From: Rhodobiaceae bacterium
GTDB lineage: Bacteria > Pseudomonadota > Alphaproteobacteria > Rhizobiales > JAKPQE01
Length of the DNA stretch: 64,000 nt
Direction of reading: 5' to 3'
Assembly (NCBI GenBank): GCA_028278505.1
Contig: JANQEG010000027.1
Location: 6,025 to 70,024 of the forward strand
Shown: piece after piece, positions 55,092-64,000 of the stretch
Layout of the letters: each line of letters begins with the position of its first letter
How positions within the stretch are numbered: the stretch's first letter is position 1
The notes under the pieces: generated by a model
Database searches by the model: none
What the model saw: only the letters and a program-made list of their open reading frames with translations
Told to the model about the DNA's origin: nothing
Position numbers and translations under genes: made by a program

Positions 55092-55949
55092 CTACATCCG
55101 CCCCTGCCGGAAATCCTCAAAGGCCTGCAGCACTTCGGCTCTTGTGTTCATGACGAACGGACCGCCGCGGGCGACCGGCTCGCCGATCGGCCGGCCGGCG
55201 ATGATCAGCGCCTTGGCGCCCGCCGCCCCGGCCCGGAGCTCGATGACGTCGCCGGCGCCGAGCACCGCAAGCTCGCCCGCCGCGATGTCGCGGTCCGCCC
55301 CCGGCACATGAACCGCGCCGTCGTGAACCATCACGAAGACATTGTGGCCGGGATCGAGCGGCTCGCGCAGAACCGCATGCGCCGCCATATGGGCATCGGC
55401 ATAGAACGGGTCGGTGGCAATGTCGCGGACCGGGCCGGCCGTCCCTTCAGACGTGCGGCCGGTGATCAGATGAAGCTCGACGCCGTCACGGGATTCTGCC
55501 GGAATCTGCCCGGCCGCGAACTCCTGATAGCCGGCCGGTCCCATCTTGGCCGCGGCCGGCAGGTTGACCCAGAGCTGGAAGCCGGAGAGCAGCCCGTCCT
55601 CCTGTTCCGGCATTTCGGAATGGACGATGCCGCCGGCCGCCGTCATCCACTGGATGCCGCCCGGCTCGATGACGCCCTCGTGGCCCTTATTGTCCCAGTG
55701 CCGCATGCGGCCGTTGATCAGATAGGTCACGGTCTCGAAGCCGCGATGGGGATGGTCGGGAAAGCCGCCGATATAGTCCTGCGGCTGGTCGGAATGGAAC
55801 CAGTCGAGCAGCAGGAACGGATCGAGCATGTCGATCTCCGGCGTTCCGATCATCCGGCGCAGATTGACGCCGTCACCGTCGGAGGCCCGAAAACCTTTTG
55901 TTTTCAATGCAATCGGCCGGACCCGGCCATCATGTTCGGTCGCGCTCAT
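55092..55949 (-). CDS. Pirin family protein
   Basis: DPFLLLD, HPHRGFETVTY, WMTAAGGIVHSE, GPFVMN. Confidence 0.93.
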   Translation of the reverse strand: MSATEHDGRVRPIALKTKGFRASDGDGVNLRRMIGTPEIDMLDPFLLLDWFHSDQPQDYIGGFPDHPHRGFETVTYLINGRMRHWDNKGHEGVIEPGGIQWMTAAGGIVHSEMPEQEDGLLSGFQLWVNLPAAAKMGPAGYQEFAAGQIPAESRDGVELHLITGRTSEGTAGPVRDIATDPFYADAHMAAHAVLREPLDPGHNVFVMVHDGAVHVPGADRDIAAGELAVLGAGDVIELRAGAAGAKALIIAGRPIGEPVARGGPFVMNTRAEVLQAFEDFRQGRM

Positions 55950-56058
55950 ACCGCCTCCTTCGGAGATCTGCCCGTGTATTCGCCTGTCCAATAGATTGGT
56001 CGCCGCGCGGTGGAAAGGAAGCCCCGCGCTACGTGAGCGCTACGCTCGGCGTATCCGC

Positions 56059-57456
56059 TTATAGGGACGTATCTGCCGCCGGCCGGTGCTCGGCAATCGA
56101 AAACCGGCGCCGGAACGCGTCGAGATGCTTTTCCGGCACCCGGACGATGACATCGGTGCGGCCCTCCGTGTCCGTCGTCCGCTCCAGCACCTCGCAATGC
56201 TCATGGATCCAGGCCAGCCCGGCGCCGTCTTCGGCGGCAACGACGGCGCGATAGCGGTCCCGCCCTTCGGCGAGCCGCGCCTCGATCTCCGCGGCGAGCG
56301 CATCGACCCCCTCCCCGGTCACCGCCGAGACAAGGACCGGCCGACGCCGCCTGTCGGTGCCGGCGGTCATCGCCGGCAAGGAAGCACGGCGATCCGGCGG
56401 CAGCAGATCGATCTTGTTCCAGACCTCGATGATGCGGTCGCCGTCGCCGGCATCGATGCCGAGCAGCGCCAGAACCTCGCGGACATCGGCGGCCTGCGCG
56501 GCGCTGTCCTCATGGCAGACATCGCGGACATGCAGGATCAGATCGGCCTCCAGCACCTCTTCGAGCGTCGCCCGGAAGGCGGCGACGAGCTGGGTCGGCA
56601 GGTCGGAAATGAAGCCGACCGTGTCGGACAGGATGACACTTGCGCCATGCGGCAGCACGAGCCGGCGCAAGGTCGGATCGAGGGTCGCGAAAAGCAGATC
56701 CTCGGCGAACACCTCGGCCTTCGTTATCGTGTTGAAAAGCGTGGATTTCCCGGCATTGGTATAGCCCACGAGCGCGACCACGGGATGGGGCACGTCGCGG
56801 CGGCTCTTGCGGTGCAGGCCGCGGGTGCGCTTGACCTGTTCGAGCTCCTTCTCGATCCGCGATATCCGCTCCTGCAGCAGCCGCCGGTCGGCCTCGATCT
56901 GGGTCTCGCCCGGGCCGCCGAGGAAGCCGAAGCCGCCGCGCTGCCGTTCCAGATGGGTCCAGGAGCGCACCAGCCGGCTCTTCTGGTAGGACAGATGCGC
57001 CAGTTCGACCTGCAACCGCCCTTCGCGCGTGCGTGCGCGGCGCCCGAAAATCTCCAGGATCAATCCGGTGCGGTCGAGCACCTTGACGGTCCACGCCTGT
57101 TCCAGATTGCGCTGCTGCACCGGCGTCAGCGGATGGTCGACGATCACCAGTTCGACACCGTCGGCGGCGATGCGGCCGACCAGCTCCTCGACCTTGCCCT
57201 TGCCGAACAGCGTCGCCGGGCGAAGCCCCGAGAGCATCACGATGCCGCTCGCGACGACGTCGAGATCGATCGCCGCGGCCAGGCCGACGGCCTCGTCCAG
57301 CCGCGCTTCCGGCGATCTTTGCGGGCGATCGGGCGGCTCGGCGGGGCGTTTCTTTCCGCCGCGCACCACCGGCACGATGACCAGCGCGCGGACGAGATCG
57401 CCGCCGTCCTTGTGCGGAGGCGATCCGGTATCGGTCTCGCGCGGCCGGTGTTTCAA
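56059..57456 (-). CDS. hflX: GTPase HflX
   Basis: GPGETQIE, GYTNAGKST, LFATLD, DTVGF, NKID. Confidence 0.96.
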   Translation of the reverse strand: MKHRPRETDTGSPPHKDGGDLVRALVIVPVVRGGKKRPAEPPDRPQRSPEARLDEAVGLAAAIDLDVVASGIVMLSGLRPATLFGKGKVEELVGRIAADGVELVIVDHPLTPVQQRNLEQAWTVKVLDRTGLILEIFGRRARTREGRLQVELAHLSYQKSRLVRSWTHLERQRGGFGFLGGPGETQIEADRRLLQERISRIEKELEQVKRTRGLHRKSRRDVPHPVVALVGYTNAGKSTLFNTITKAEVFAEDLLFATLDPTLRRLVLPHGASVILSDTVGFISDLPTQLVAAFRATLEEVLEADLILHVRDVCHEDSAAQAADVREVLALLGIDAGDGDRIIEVWNKIDLLPPDRRASLPAMTAGTDRRRRPVLVSAVTGEGVDALAAEIEARLAEGRDRYRAVVAAEDGAGLAWIHEHCEVLERTTDTEGRTDVIVRVPEKHLDAFRRRFSIAEHRPAADTSL

Positions 57457-57468
57457 ACCGGCACCGCC

Positions 57469-57717
57469 CTAAACCTCGGCCTCTTCACTGGGCTCGAAAA
57501 GCTGAACCGGCTGTCCCGGCATGACGGTTGAAATCGCGTGCTTGTAGACGAGCTGGGAATGACCATCGCGCCGCAACAAAACGCAGAAATTGTCAAACCA
57601 GGTGACCACGCCTTGAAGCTTCACGCCGTTGACGAGAAAAACGGTCAGCGGAGTCTTGTTCTTGCGAACGTGATTGAGGAACGTATCCTGCAGGTTCTGC
57701 GCGCGTTCTGCCGCCAT
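57469..57717 (-). CDS. hfq: RNA chaperone Hfq
   Basis: [26 protein letters not shown]. Confidence 0.97.
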   Translation of the reverse strand: MAAERAQNLQDTFLNHVRKNKTPLTVFLVNGVKLQGVVTWFDNFCVLLRRDGHSQLVYKHAISTVMPGQPVQLFEPSEEAEV

Positions 57718-57900
57718 CCTTTTTGCCCTTTTGCTGCCGACCTGATCTCCTGCCGGGACAGTTACCGGCAGGATAAATCTCAAATTGCGCGCAACAAAGC
57801 ACATCTACCGCACAGCGACTGCCTCTGGCAACCGCCAGCACTCCGGTCGTAACGGCATAGAGGGGCGGATTCGGCGCAGGCTTGTGCCGATTTGCGCCCG

Positions 57901-58785
57901 TCATGTCGCCGACCGGCTGCGGCGAAGCGCCGCGATTTCAACATGGTCATGAAAGCATCGTCGCAGTCCGGTTACAACCGATCCGGGAACACCATTGCCG
58001 ATGACGGCGTCATCGACGCGGACGACCGGCATGACGAGATTCGTGGCCGAGGTGACGAAGACCTCGCGGGCGGTTTTGGCCTCTTCGGGCGTGAACCGCC
58101 GCTCCTCGATCCTGAGGCCCTGCCGCGCGGCCAGATCGAAGACGCCCGCACGGGTGATGCCGCGCAGGATGCCGTGATCGGCCGAACGGGTGACGAGCGC
58201 GCCGTCGGCCGTCACGATCCACGCATTCGTCGCTGCGCCTTCGGTGACGAAGCCCTCGCCGTCGACGAACCAGGCCTCCTGGGCGCCGGCCTCCTTCGCC
58301 GCCTGGCGGGCGAGCACGTTCGGCAACAGCGACACCGACTTGATGTCGACCCGATCCCAGCGGTTGTCGGGAACCGTGATCACCGCGATCCCCTGTTCGG
58401 CGCGCTCAATCGTCTTGCCCCGTTCGGCCGGCCGTGCGGTCACGACCACGGTCGGCCTGACGGTGTCGGGCGGAAACACATGGTCCCGGGGTGCCACGCC
58501 GCGGGTCACCTGGACATAGACGAGACCGTCGCCGATGCGGTTGCGCCTGACCACTTCGCGCAGAACGAAACCGAGCGCGGCCCGCGACATCGGCATGGCC
58601 ATGCGCAATTCGTCGAGCGACCGCTTCAGACGATCGAGATGGCGGGTTTCGTCGACCAGCCGGCCGCCAAGAACCTCGCAGACCTCGTAGACGCCGTCGG
58701 CGAACTGATAGCCGCGGTCCTCGACGTGAACCGCGGCACTGCGGTGCGGCAGATAGCGACCGTTGACATAGGCCCATTTTGACAT
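57901..58785 (-). CDS. dat: D-amino acid aminotransferase (PLP class IV)
   Basis: EDRGYQFADGVYE, DIKS, TEG..TN, ILRGITR. Confidence 0.9.
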   Translation of the reverse strand: MSKWAYVNGRYLPHRSAAVHVEDRGYQFADGVYEVCEVLGGRLVDETRHLDRLKRSLDELRMAMPMSRAALGFVLREVVRRNRIGDGLVYVQVTRGVAPRDHVFPPDTVRPTVVVTARPAERGKTIERAEQGIAVITVPDNRWDRVDIKSVSLLPNVLARQAAKEAGAQEAWFVDGEGFVTEGAATNAWIVTADGALVTRSADHGILRGITRAGVFDLAARQGLRIEERRFTPEEAKTAREVFVTSATNLVMPVVRVDDAVIGNGVPGSVVTGLRRCFHDHVEIAALRRSRSAT

Positions 58786-58809
58786 CGCGCCCCTCCGTGG
58801 CCGGCGCTT

Positions 58810-60270
58810 CTATCGGCGCCAGTATGTGGCCCTCAATGCCCCGAACAGAATGAGGATTTCAAGCCGGCCGAGAACCATGACCGCCGCAAGCACCAGCTTG
58901 GTCGCGTCGGTGAAGCCGGCAAATCCAGGGCTGGCCGTGGTCCCCGGCCAGCCGGTCGTGTAGATCGCGGTGACATTGGCAAAGGCGCCGACCGCGACCG
59001 TCAGTGCGTCGACGAAGCTTGTGTCATCGAGCGTGACGAAGGCGGTGGCGAGCGCAACGAGGCAAATTGCAACGGAAAACTGCGCCCACACGGCTTTCAT
59101 CAGATCGAGCGAATATTCCTGCGTGCCGAAATGGGATCGCGACACGCTGTGCGGGTGGATCAGCCGCACCAGCTCGCGGCCGGATTGGGCGAACATCGCC
59201 CCGACCCGGTAGGCCTTGACGCCGCCCGCCGTCGAGAACGTCGCGCCGCCGATGAAGACGATGGTGAGCACGAGCGACAGCGGCACGATCGTGAAGCCGC
59301 CGTTGCGCACCTCGAAGCCCGATGTCGTCAGCAGCGAGACGCCGGTGAAAAGCCCTTCCCGCAGCGCCGCCGCGGGCGCCAGCACCGCCGGTCCGCCGGC
59401 CGCCTCCAGAAACAGCACCGCGTAGACGACACCGAGGCCGAGCGCGGCGGCGACGACGAGGATGCTCTCCTGGTTTTCCAGCGCCAGCCGGAAGTTGGCA
59501 CGCATGAGATGGCGATGCCAGAGAATGCTGGTTGCGCCGATCAGCATGAAGGCGACCATGACGAACTCGGCAGCCGGATTGGCATAGACGGCGACGGTGC
59601 CGTCGCGCGGCATAAAGCCCCCGGTCGAAATGGTCGACATGGCCAGGCAGACGGCATCGAAAATCGGCATGCCGGCGACGATCAGCAAGGCCAGGCAGGC
59701 CAGTGACAGCACCACATAGCCGGTGGCGACCAGGCGGATCACCTCGACCACGCGGCGGCCGTCCTGACCCGGGCGATGGGCGTCGATGCGGATGTATTGG
59801 TGGGGGATGCCGCCGGCCCCGGTGGGCCCCAGGATCAGCACCAGGGTCAGCAAGGTCAGGAGCCCGCCGATCCACTGCAGTTCGGCGCGCCAGAAGATCA
59901 GGCTGCGCGGCAGCGCGTCGAGTTCGCGGAACACGGTGGCGCCGGTCGTCGTCAGTCCCGAGGCCGCCTCGAACAGGGCCGGGACCGGTTCGATGCCGCC
60001 GATGGCCGCGATCGGCCCGGAAGCGGCGACCGGCAGGATGGTCCAGATCAGCAGGGTCAGGGTGTAGGATTCGCCGCGGCGCAGGCCGCGTTCCCGGCCC
60101 CGCAGCGCAAAGAAGATGGCGCCCGACAGAAATCCGATGAGACCCGAGGCGAGCAGGAAGATTTCGACGGCGACGCGCTCGTCGAGGGTGAGCGCGATCA
60201 TCGCCGGGGCCAGCAGCGCCGCGGCGAGTGCGCCCAGAAAAAGCGACAGGAAGAACAGGACCGGGATCAT
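58810..60270 (-). CDS. trkH: Trk potassium uptake membrane protein
   Basis: FEAASGLTTTG, STISTGG, TTSG, GRLE. Confidence 0.9.
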   Translation of the reverse strand: MIPVLFFLSLFLGALAAALLAPAMIALTLDERVAVEIFLLASGLIGFLSGAIFFALRGRERGLRRGESYTLTLLIWTILPVAASGPIAAIGGIEPVPALFEAASGLTTTGATVFRELDALPRSLIFWRAELQWIGGLLTLLTLVLILGPTGAGGIPHQYIRIDAHRPGQDGRRVVEVIRLVATGYVVLSLACLALLIVAGMPIFDAVCLAMSTISTGGFMPRDGTVAVYANPAAEFVMVAFMLIGATSILWHRHLMRANFRLALENQESILVVAAALGLGVVYAVLFLEAAGGPAVLAPAAALREGLFTGVSLLTTSGFEVRNGGFTIVPLSLVLTIVFIGGATFSTAGGVKAYRVGAMFAQSGRELVRLIHPHSVSRSHFGTQEYSLDLMKAVWAQFSVAICLVALATAFVTLDDTSFVDALTVAVGAFANVTAIYTTGWPGTTASPGFAGFTDATKLVLAAVMVLGRLEILILFGALRATYWRR

Positions 60271-60287
60271 CGCCGACGCCCGGTATT

Positions 60288-61664
60288 CTAAAAGAACTCG
60301 AGGCTGACGCGGAACATCTGCTCGACGGTGCGGACGCGGTCGGCGCGGGCGAAGATGACGACGCGATCGTGGGCGTTGATCTGGGTGTCGCCGTTCGGAA
60401 TGATCACGGTCTTGTTGCGATAGATGGCGCCGATGCGGATGCCGTCGGGCAGGTCGACCTCGCGTAAGGGTGCCCCGACAAGCTGCGATGTGGTGAGAGC
60501 CTCGGCCTCGATCACCTCGGCGGCGCCGTTCTGGATCGAGTGGACGCCGCGGATGCGGCCGCGCCGGACGTGCTGGAGGATTTTCGACACCGTCACTTCG
60601 CGCGGATTGAGGTGGGCGTCGATGCCGAGCGTGTTGGTGAAGGTGGCGTAGCTCGGATTGTTGATCAGCGTCAGGCTGCGCCGGCACCCGAGCCGCTTGG
60701 CCATGACGCAGGACAGCACGTTCACCTTGTCGTCATTGGTCAGCGCGACCATGGTCTCGGTATCGGCGATATCGGCCTCATGCAGGATCTCGTGGTCGAG
60801 GGCACTGCCGTGCAGGACGACGGTGCGCCGCAACTGGTCGGCGATCTCGACGGCGCGATCGTGCGAGTGTTCGATCACCTTGACCTTGGCGCGGGAGTGC
60901 TTCTGCTCCAGCGTCCGCGCCACATAGTGGCCGATATTGCCACCGCCGGCGATGACCACGCGCGAGGCTTCCGGCTCGTCATGGCCGAATATACTGAGCA
61001 TGCGCCGCACCTGGTCCTTATGCGAGACGACATAGGCGTGGTCGCCGACGAGCAGGCCGTCGGACGACCGCGGCACGAAGAGCTTGCCGTCGCGGACAAC
61101 GCCGACGACGACGGCGCTCAGATCGGGAAAGAGTTCGGTCAACTGGCGCAGCGGCGTGTCGACGATCGGGCAATCCTCCTCGCAGACGATGCCGACGACC
61201 ATGACCTCGCCGTCGGCGAAGCGGACGCTGTCGACCGCGCCCGGCAGCGCCAGCCGCCGCAGCACCATGTTGCCGACCTCGATCTCCGGCGAGATGACCA
61301 CGTCGATCGGCATGTGGCTGCGCGAAAACAGGTTCTGCCAGTGCGGCGCGAGATAGCTCTGGGCGCGCACGCGCGCCACCTTGGTCGGCACGTTGAACAG
61401 GGAGTGGGCGACCTGGCAGGCGACCATGTTGACTTCGTCGTAAAGCGTGGCGGCGATGATCATCTCCGCCTGGTCGGCGCCGGCGGCCGCCAGCACGTCG
61501 GGATGGGCGCCGTGGCCGACGAAGCCGCGCACTTCCAGCGTGTCGCGGATGACGTCGATCAGCCGCGGCGTGGTGTCGATGACGGAGACATCGTTCTGCT
61601 CGGCCGAAAGCCGTTCGGCGATGCCGTAGCCGACCTTGCCGGCGCCGCAGATGATGACCTTCAT
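60288..61664 (-). CDS. trkA: Trk potassium uptake regulatory subunit
   Basis: ICGAGKVG and IAGGGNIG RCK domains. Confidence 0.95.
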   Translation of the reverse strand: MKVIICGAGKVGYGIAERLSAEQNDVSVIDTTPRLIDVIRDTLEVRGFVGHGAHPDVLAAAGADQAEMIIAATLYDEVNMVACQVAHSLFNVPTKVARVRAQSYLAPHWQNLFSRSHMPIDVVISPEIEVGNMVLRRLALPGAVDSVRFADGEVMVVGIVCEEDCPIVDTPLRQLTELFPDLSAVVVGVVRDGKLFVPRSSDGLLVGDHAYVVSHKDQVRRMLSIFGHDEPEASRVVIAGGGNIGHYVARTLEQKHSRAKVKVIEHSHDRAVEIADQLRRTVVLHGSALDHEILHEADIADTETMVALTNDDKVNVLSCVMAKRLGCRRSLTLINNPSYATFTNTLGIDAHLNPREVTVSKILQHVRRGRIRGVHSIQNGAAEVIEAEALTTSQLVGAPLREVDLPDGIRIGAIYRNKTVIIPNGDTQINAHDRVVIFARADRVRTVEQMFRVSLEFF

Positions 61665-61708
61665 GGATGCCCCTTCATTGCGGGATCGACTGGCGCCGGC
61701 TCATACCC

Positions 61709-63076
61709 TCAGGCGATGCCGAGCGTCTTCAGCTTGCGGTGCAGGGCCGAGCGCTCCATGCCGACAAATTCGGCCGTGCGCGAGATATTACCGCCAAACC
61801 GATTGATTTGCGCAACCAGATATTCGCGCTCGAAAATCTCCCGCGCCTCGCGCAGCGGCAGCGCCATCAGGTGCTCGCCATTGGATTTCGACGGCACCGT
61901 CGGCAGCATTTCGCCGACTTCGGAGGGCAGCAGGTCGGCGGTAATCACCGCATCGGGATCGCCGCGGGTCAGAATCATCAGCCGCTCGACATTGTTGCGG
62001 AGCTGGCGGATGTTGCCGGGCCAGTCATGGGCCTGCAGCACCGCCATGGCGTCGTCGCCGATGCGGCGCAGCGGCAGGCCGGTCGCGGTCGAAATCTGCG
62101 CCATGAAATGGGCGACGAGTTCGGGGATGTCGTCGCGCCGCTCCGACAGCGGCGGCACGCCGAGCGGCACCACGCTCAGCCGGTGGAAAAGGTCTTCGCG
62201 AAACCGGCCGTCGGTGATCTCCTGCTCCAGATCGCGCGCCGTCGACGAGATGATGCGGACATCGACATGGACCCGGGTCGAGCCGCCGACCCGCTGGAAG
62301 TTCTGCTCGACCAGCACGCGCAATATCTTGTTCTGGGTTTCCCGCGGCATGTCGGCGACCTCGTCGAGATGCAGCGTGCCGCCATGGGCCTCTTCGAGCG
62401 CGCCCACTTTTCGCGGCTGGCCGCCATTCGGCTCGGTGCCGAACAGTTCGATCTCCATGTTCTCCGGCGTGATCGCGGCGGCATTGAGCGTGACGAACGG
62501 CCCGCCGGACCGGGTCGAGGCGCCGTGCAGCGTTCGCGCCACCAATTCCTTGCCCGAGCCCGAGGGCCCGGAAATCAGGATGCGGCTGTTGGTGGGGGCG
62601 ACCCGATCGATCGTCTGGCGCAGGGCGTTCATGATCGACGAGGCGCCGATCAGGCGGTTGGTCTCGCCGCTGCGCTGGCGCAGTTCGCGGACCTCGCGCT
62701 TGAGCTTGGTGGCTTCCAGCGCGCGCTCCGCCACCAGGATCAGGCGGTCGCTCTTGAACGGCTTTTCGATGTAGTCGTAGGCGCCGCTCTTGATCGCCGA
62801 GACGGCGGTCTCGATATTGCCGTGGCCGGAGATGATGACGACCGGAAGGTCGGGATGCTGCTCCTTGATGACGGCGAGCAGTTCGAGCCCGTCGAGCCGG
62901 CTGCCCTGGAGCCAGATGTCGAGGAAGATCAGCGTCGGGCGGCGCTGCTCGATCGCACCGAGCGCCTCGTCGCTGTCGGCCGCGACCCGTGTGCCGTGCC
63001 CCTCGTCCTCGAGGATGCCGGAGACCAGTTCGCGAATGTCGGCCTCGTCGTCAATGATGAGGATATCAGACGCCAT
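61709..63076 (-). CDS. ntrX: Response regulator NtrX (REC-AAA+-Fis)
   Basis: LDIWLQGS, ISGHG, GPSGSGKE, WPGNIRQL, MERSALHRKL. Confidence 0.95.
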   Translation of the reverse strand: MASDILIIDDEADIRELVSGILEDEGHGTRVAADSDEALGAIEQRRPTLIFLDIWLQGSRLDGLELLAVIKEQHPDLPVVIISGHGNIETAVSAIKSGAYDYIEKPFKSDRLILVAERALEATKLKREVRELRQRSGETNRLIGASSIMNALRQTIDRVAPTNSRILISGPSGSGKELVARTLHGASTRSGGPFVTLNAAAITPENMEIELFGTEPNGGQPRKVGALEEAHGGTLHLDEVADMPRETQNKILRVLVEQNFQRVGGSTRVHVDVRIISSTARDLEQEITDGRFREDLFHRLSVVPLGVPPLSERRDDIPELVAHFMAQISTATGLPLRRIGDDAMAVLQAHDWPGNIRQLRNNVERLMILTRGDPDAVITADLLPSEVGEMLPTVPSKSNGEHLMALPLREAREIFEREYLVAQINRFGGNISRTAEFVGMERSALHRKLKTLGIA

Positions 63077-64000
63077 CGTTCCCGTTTTCTTTCGGTTCGT
63101 CTTGGTTTGCGAGCGTTCGGCCGCGGTCGGGCCCGTCATCCTGCTTGTACAGCACGAGCCGGATCATCGCCCCGCGGCCGCCATCGGCCACCGCCGGTGC
63201 ATCGAGCAGTTCGATGCGGCCGCCATGGTCTTCGACGATCTTGCGGACAATGGCGAGCCCGAGCCCGGTCCCCTTGTCGCGCGTCGTCATGTAGGGCTCG
63301 AGCAGCCGCTGCCGGTTGTCGCGCGGCAGGCCGACGCCGTTGTCGACCACCTCGATGACGTAGTCGGCATCCGTCTCATCGACGCGGACATCGATGCGGC
63401 CGCCGCCGGCATCTTCCGGCAGCGCCGCGATCGCCTCGGTGGCGTTCTTGATGATGTTGGTGAGCCCCTGGGCGAGCAGCCGCCGGTCGAACCGTCCGAC
63501 GATTTTTGCTTCGGGCAGGTCGACGTTGAAGGCGATTTCCGGATAGCCGACGCGCATCATGAACACGGTCTGGCGCACGATCTCGCCGAGATCGCCCTCC
63601 TCGATCACCGGCGTCGGCATCCGCGCAAACGAGGAGAACTCATCGACCATGCGGCCGATGTCGCCGACCTGGCGGATGATGGTGTCGGTGCACTGTTCGA
63701 AGACGGCGCGGTCCTCGGTCAGCACCTTGCCGAATTTGCGCCTGAGCCGCTCGGCGGAAAGCTGGATCGGGGTCAGCGGATTCTTGATCTCATGGGCGAT
63801 GCGGCGGGCGACGTCGGCCCACGCCGAGGTGCGCTGGGCGGCGACGAGGTCGGTGATGTCGTCGAGGGTCACGACGAAGCCGCGGACCACGCCCTCGGCG
63901 AATTCGCTGGTGACGCGGACGGTCAGATTGTGCTCATGGCCGTGGCGCACGATGGTCACCTGGCCGAGATGCATGCGGTGCGGCTCGTCGATGGCCATGT
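63066..64000 (-). CDS. ntrY: Sensor histidine kinase NtrY, 5' end outside window
   Basis: WADVARRIAHEIKNPLTPIQLSAERL, GTGLGL; upstream of ntrX. Confidence 0.93.
   Translation of the reverse strand, partial: MAIDEPHRMHLGQVTIVRHGHEHNLTVRVTSEFAEGVVRGFVVTLDDITDLVAAQRTSAWADVARRIAHEIKNPLTPIQLSAERLRRKFGKVLTEDRAVFEQCTDTIIRQVGDIGRMVDEFSSFARMPTPVIEEGDLGEIVRQTVFMMRVGYPEIAFNVDLPEAKIVGRFDRRLLAQGLTNIIKNATEAIAALPEDAGGGRIDVRVDETDADYVIEVVDNGVGLPRDNRQRLLEPYMTTRDKGTGLGLAIVRKIVEDHGGRIELLDAPAVADGGRGAMIRLVLYKQDDGPDRGRTLANQDEPKENGNDGV

Noticed and set aside
56059-64000. Novelty in ntrYX-trkAH-dat-hfq-hflX
   Set aside because: Conserved alphaproteobacterial core arrangement; nothing unusual seen.

Overview
High-GC alphaproteobacterial (Hyphomicrobiales-like) chromosomal segment. 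Core genes lie at both ends: dacA-like and rlpA plus tRNA-Ser(TGA) on the left; pccA, ATP12, rluC, crcB, liu genes and hflX-hfq-dat-trkH-trkA-ntrX-ntrY on the right. An accessory region of about 33 kb starts right after the tRNA and has two parts. (i) A tricarboxylate module (3.6-18.7 kb): tricarballylate dehydrogenase tcuAB runs directly into a divergent two-subunit ATP-citrate-lyase-like enzyme, next to a TctD/TctE two-component system, a TTT transporter (TctC plus fused TctA-TctB), a PrpF-family isomerase, a USP, a small Cys protein and a 2-hydroxyacid dehydrogenase. Both promoter regions share an 11-bp-period GYAAGCTT tandem repeat, and the module ends at an IS21/IS3 scar. This is the best candidate for an undescribed system. 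(ii) A gluconate/idonate regulon marked by four GntR-type TGTTATCGATAAC(A/G) operators, interrupted by a cassette flanked by a duplicated hyi 3' end, an AT-rich orphan gene, an IS630 and a MITE. Further right is a Pho-box-preceded btaA-btaB-plcP-glycosyltransferase lipid-remodelling operon. Intergenic regions carry several REP/REPIN/MITE-like families, some with conserved spacers. No CRISPR array, rRNA or integrase was seen. All functional calls rest on motif recognition by eye; no database searches were run.
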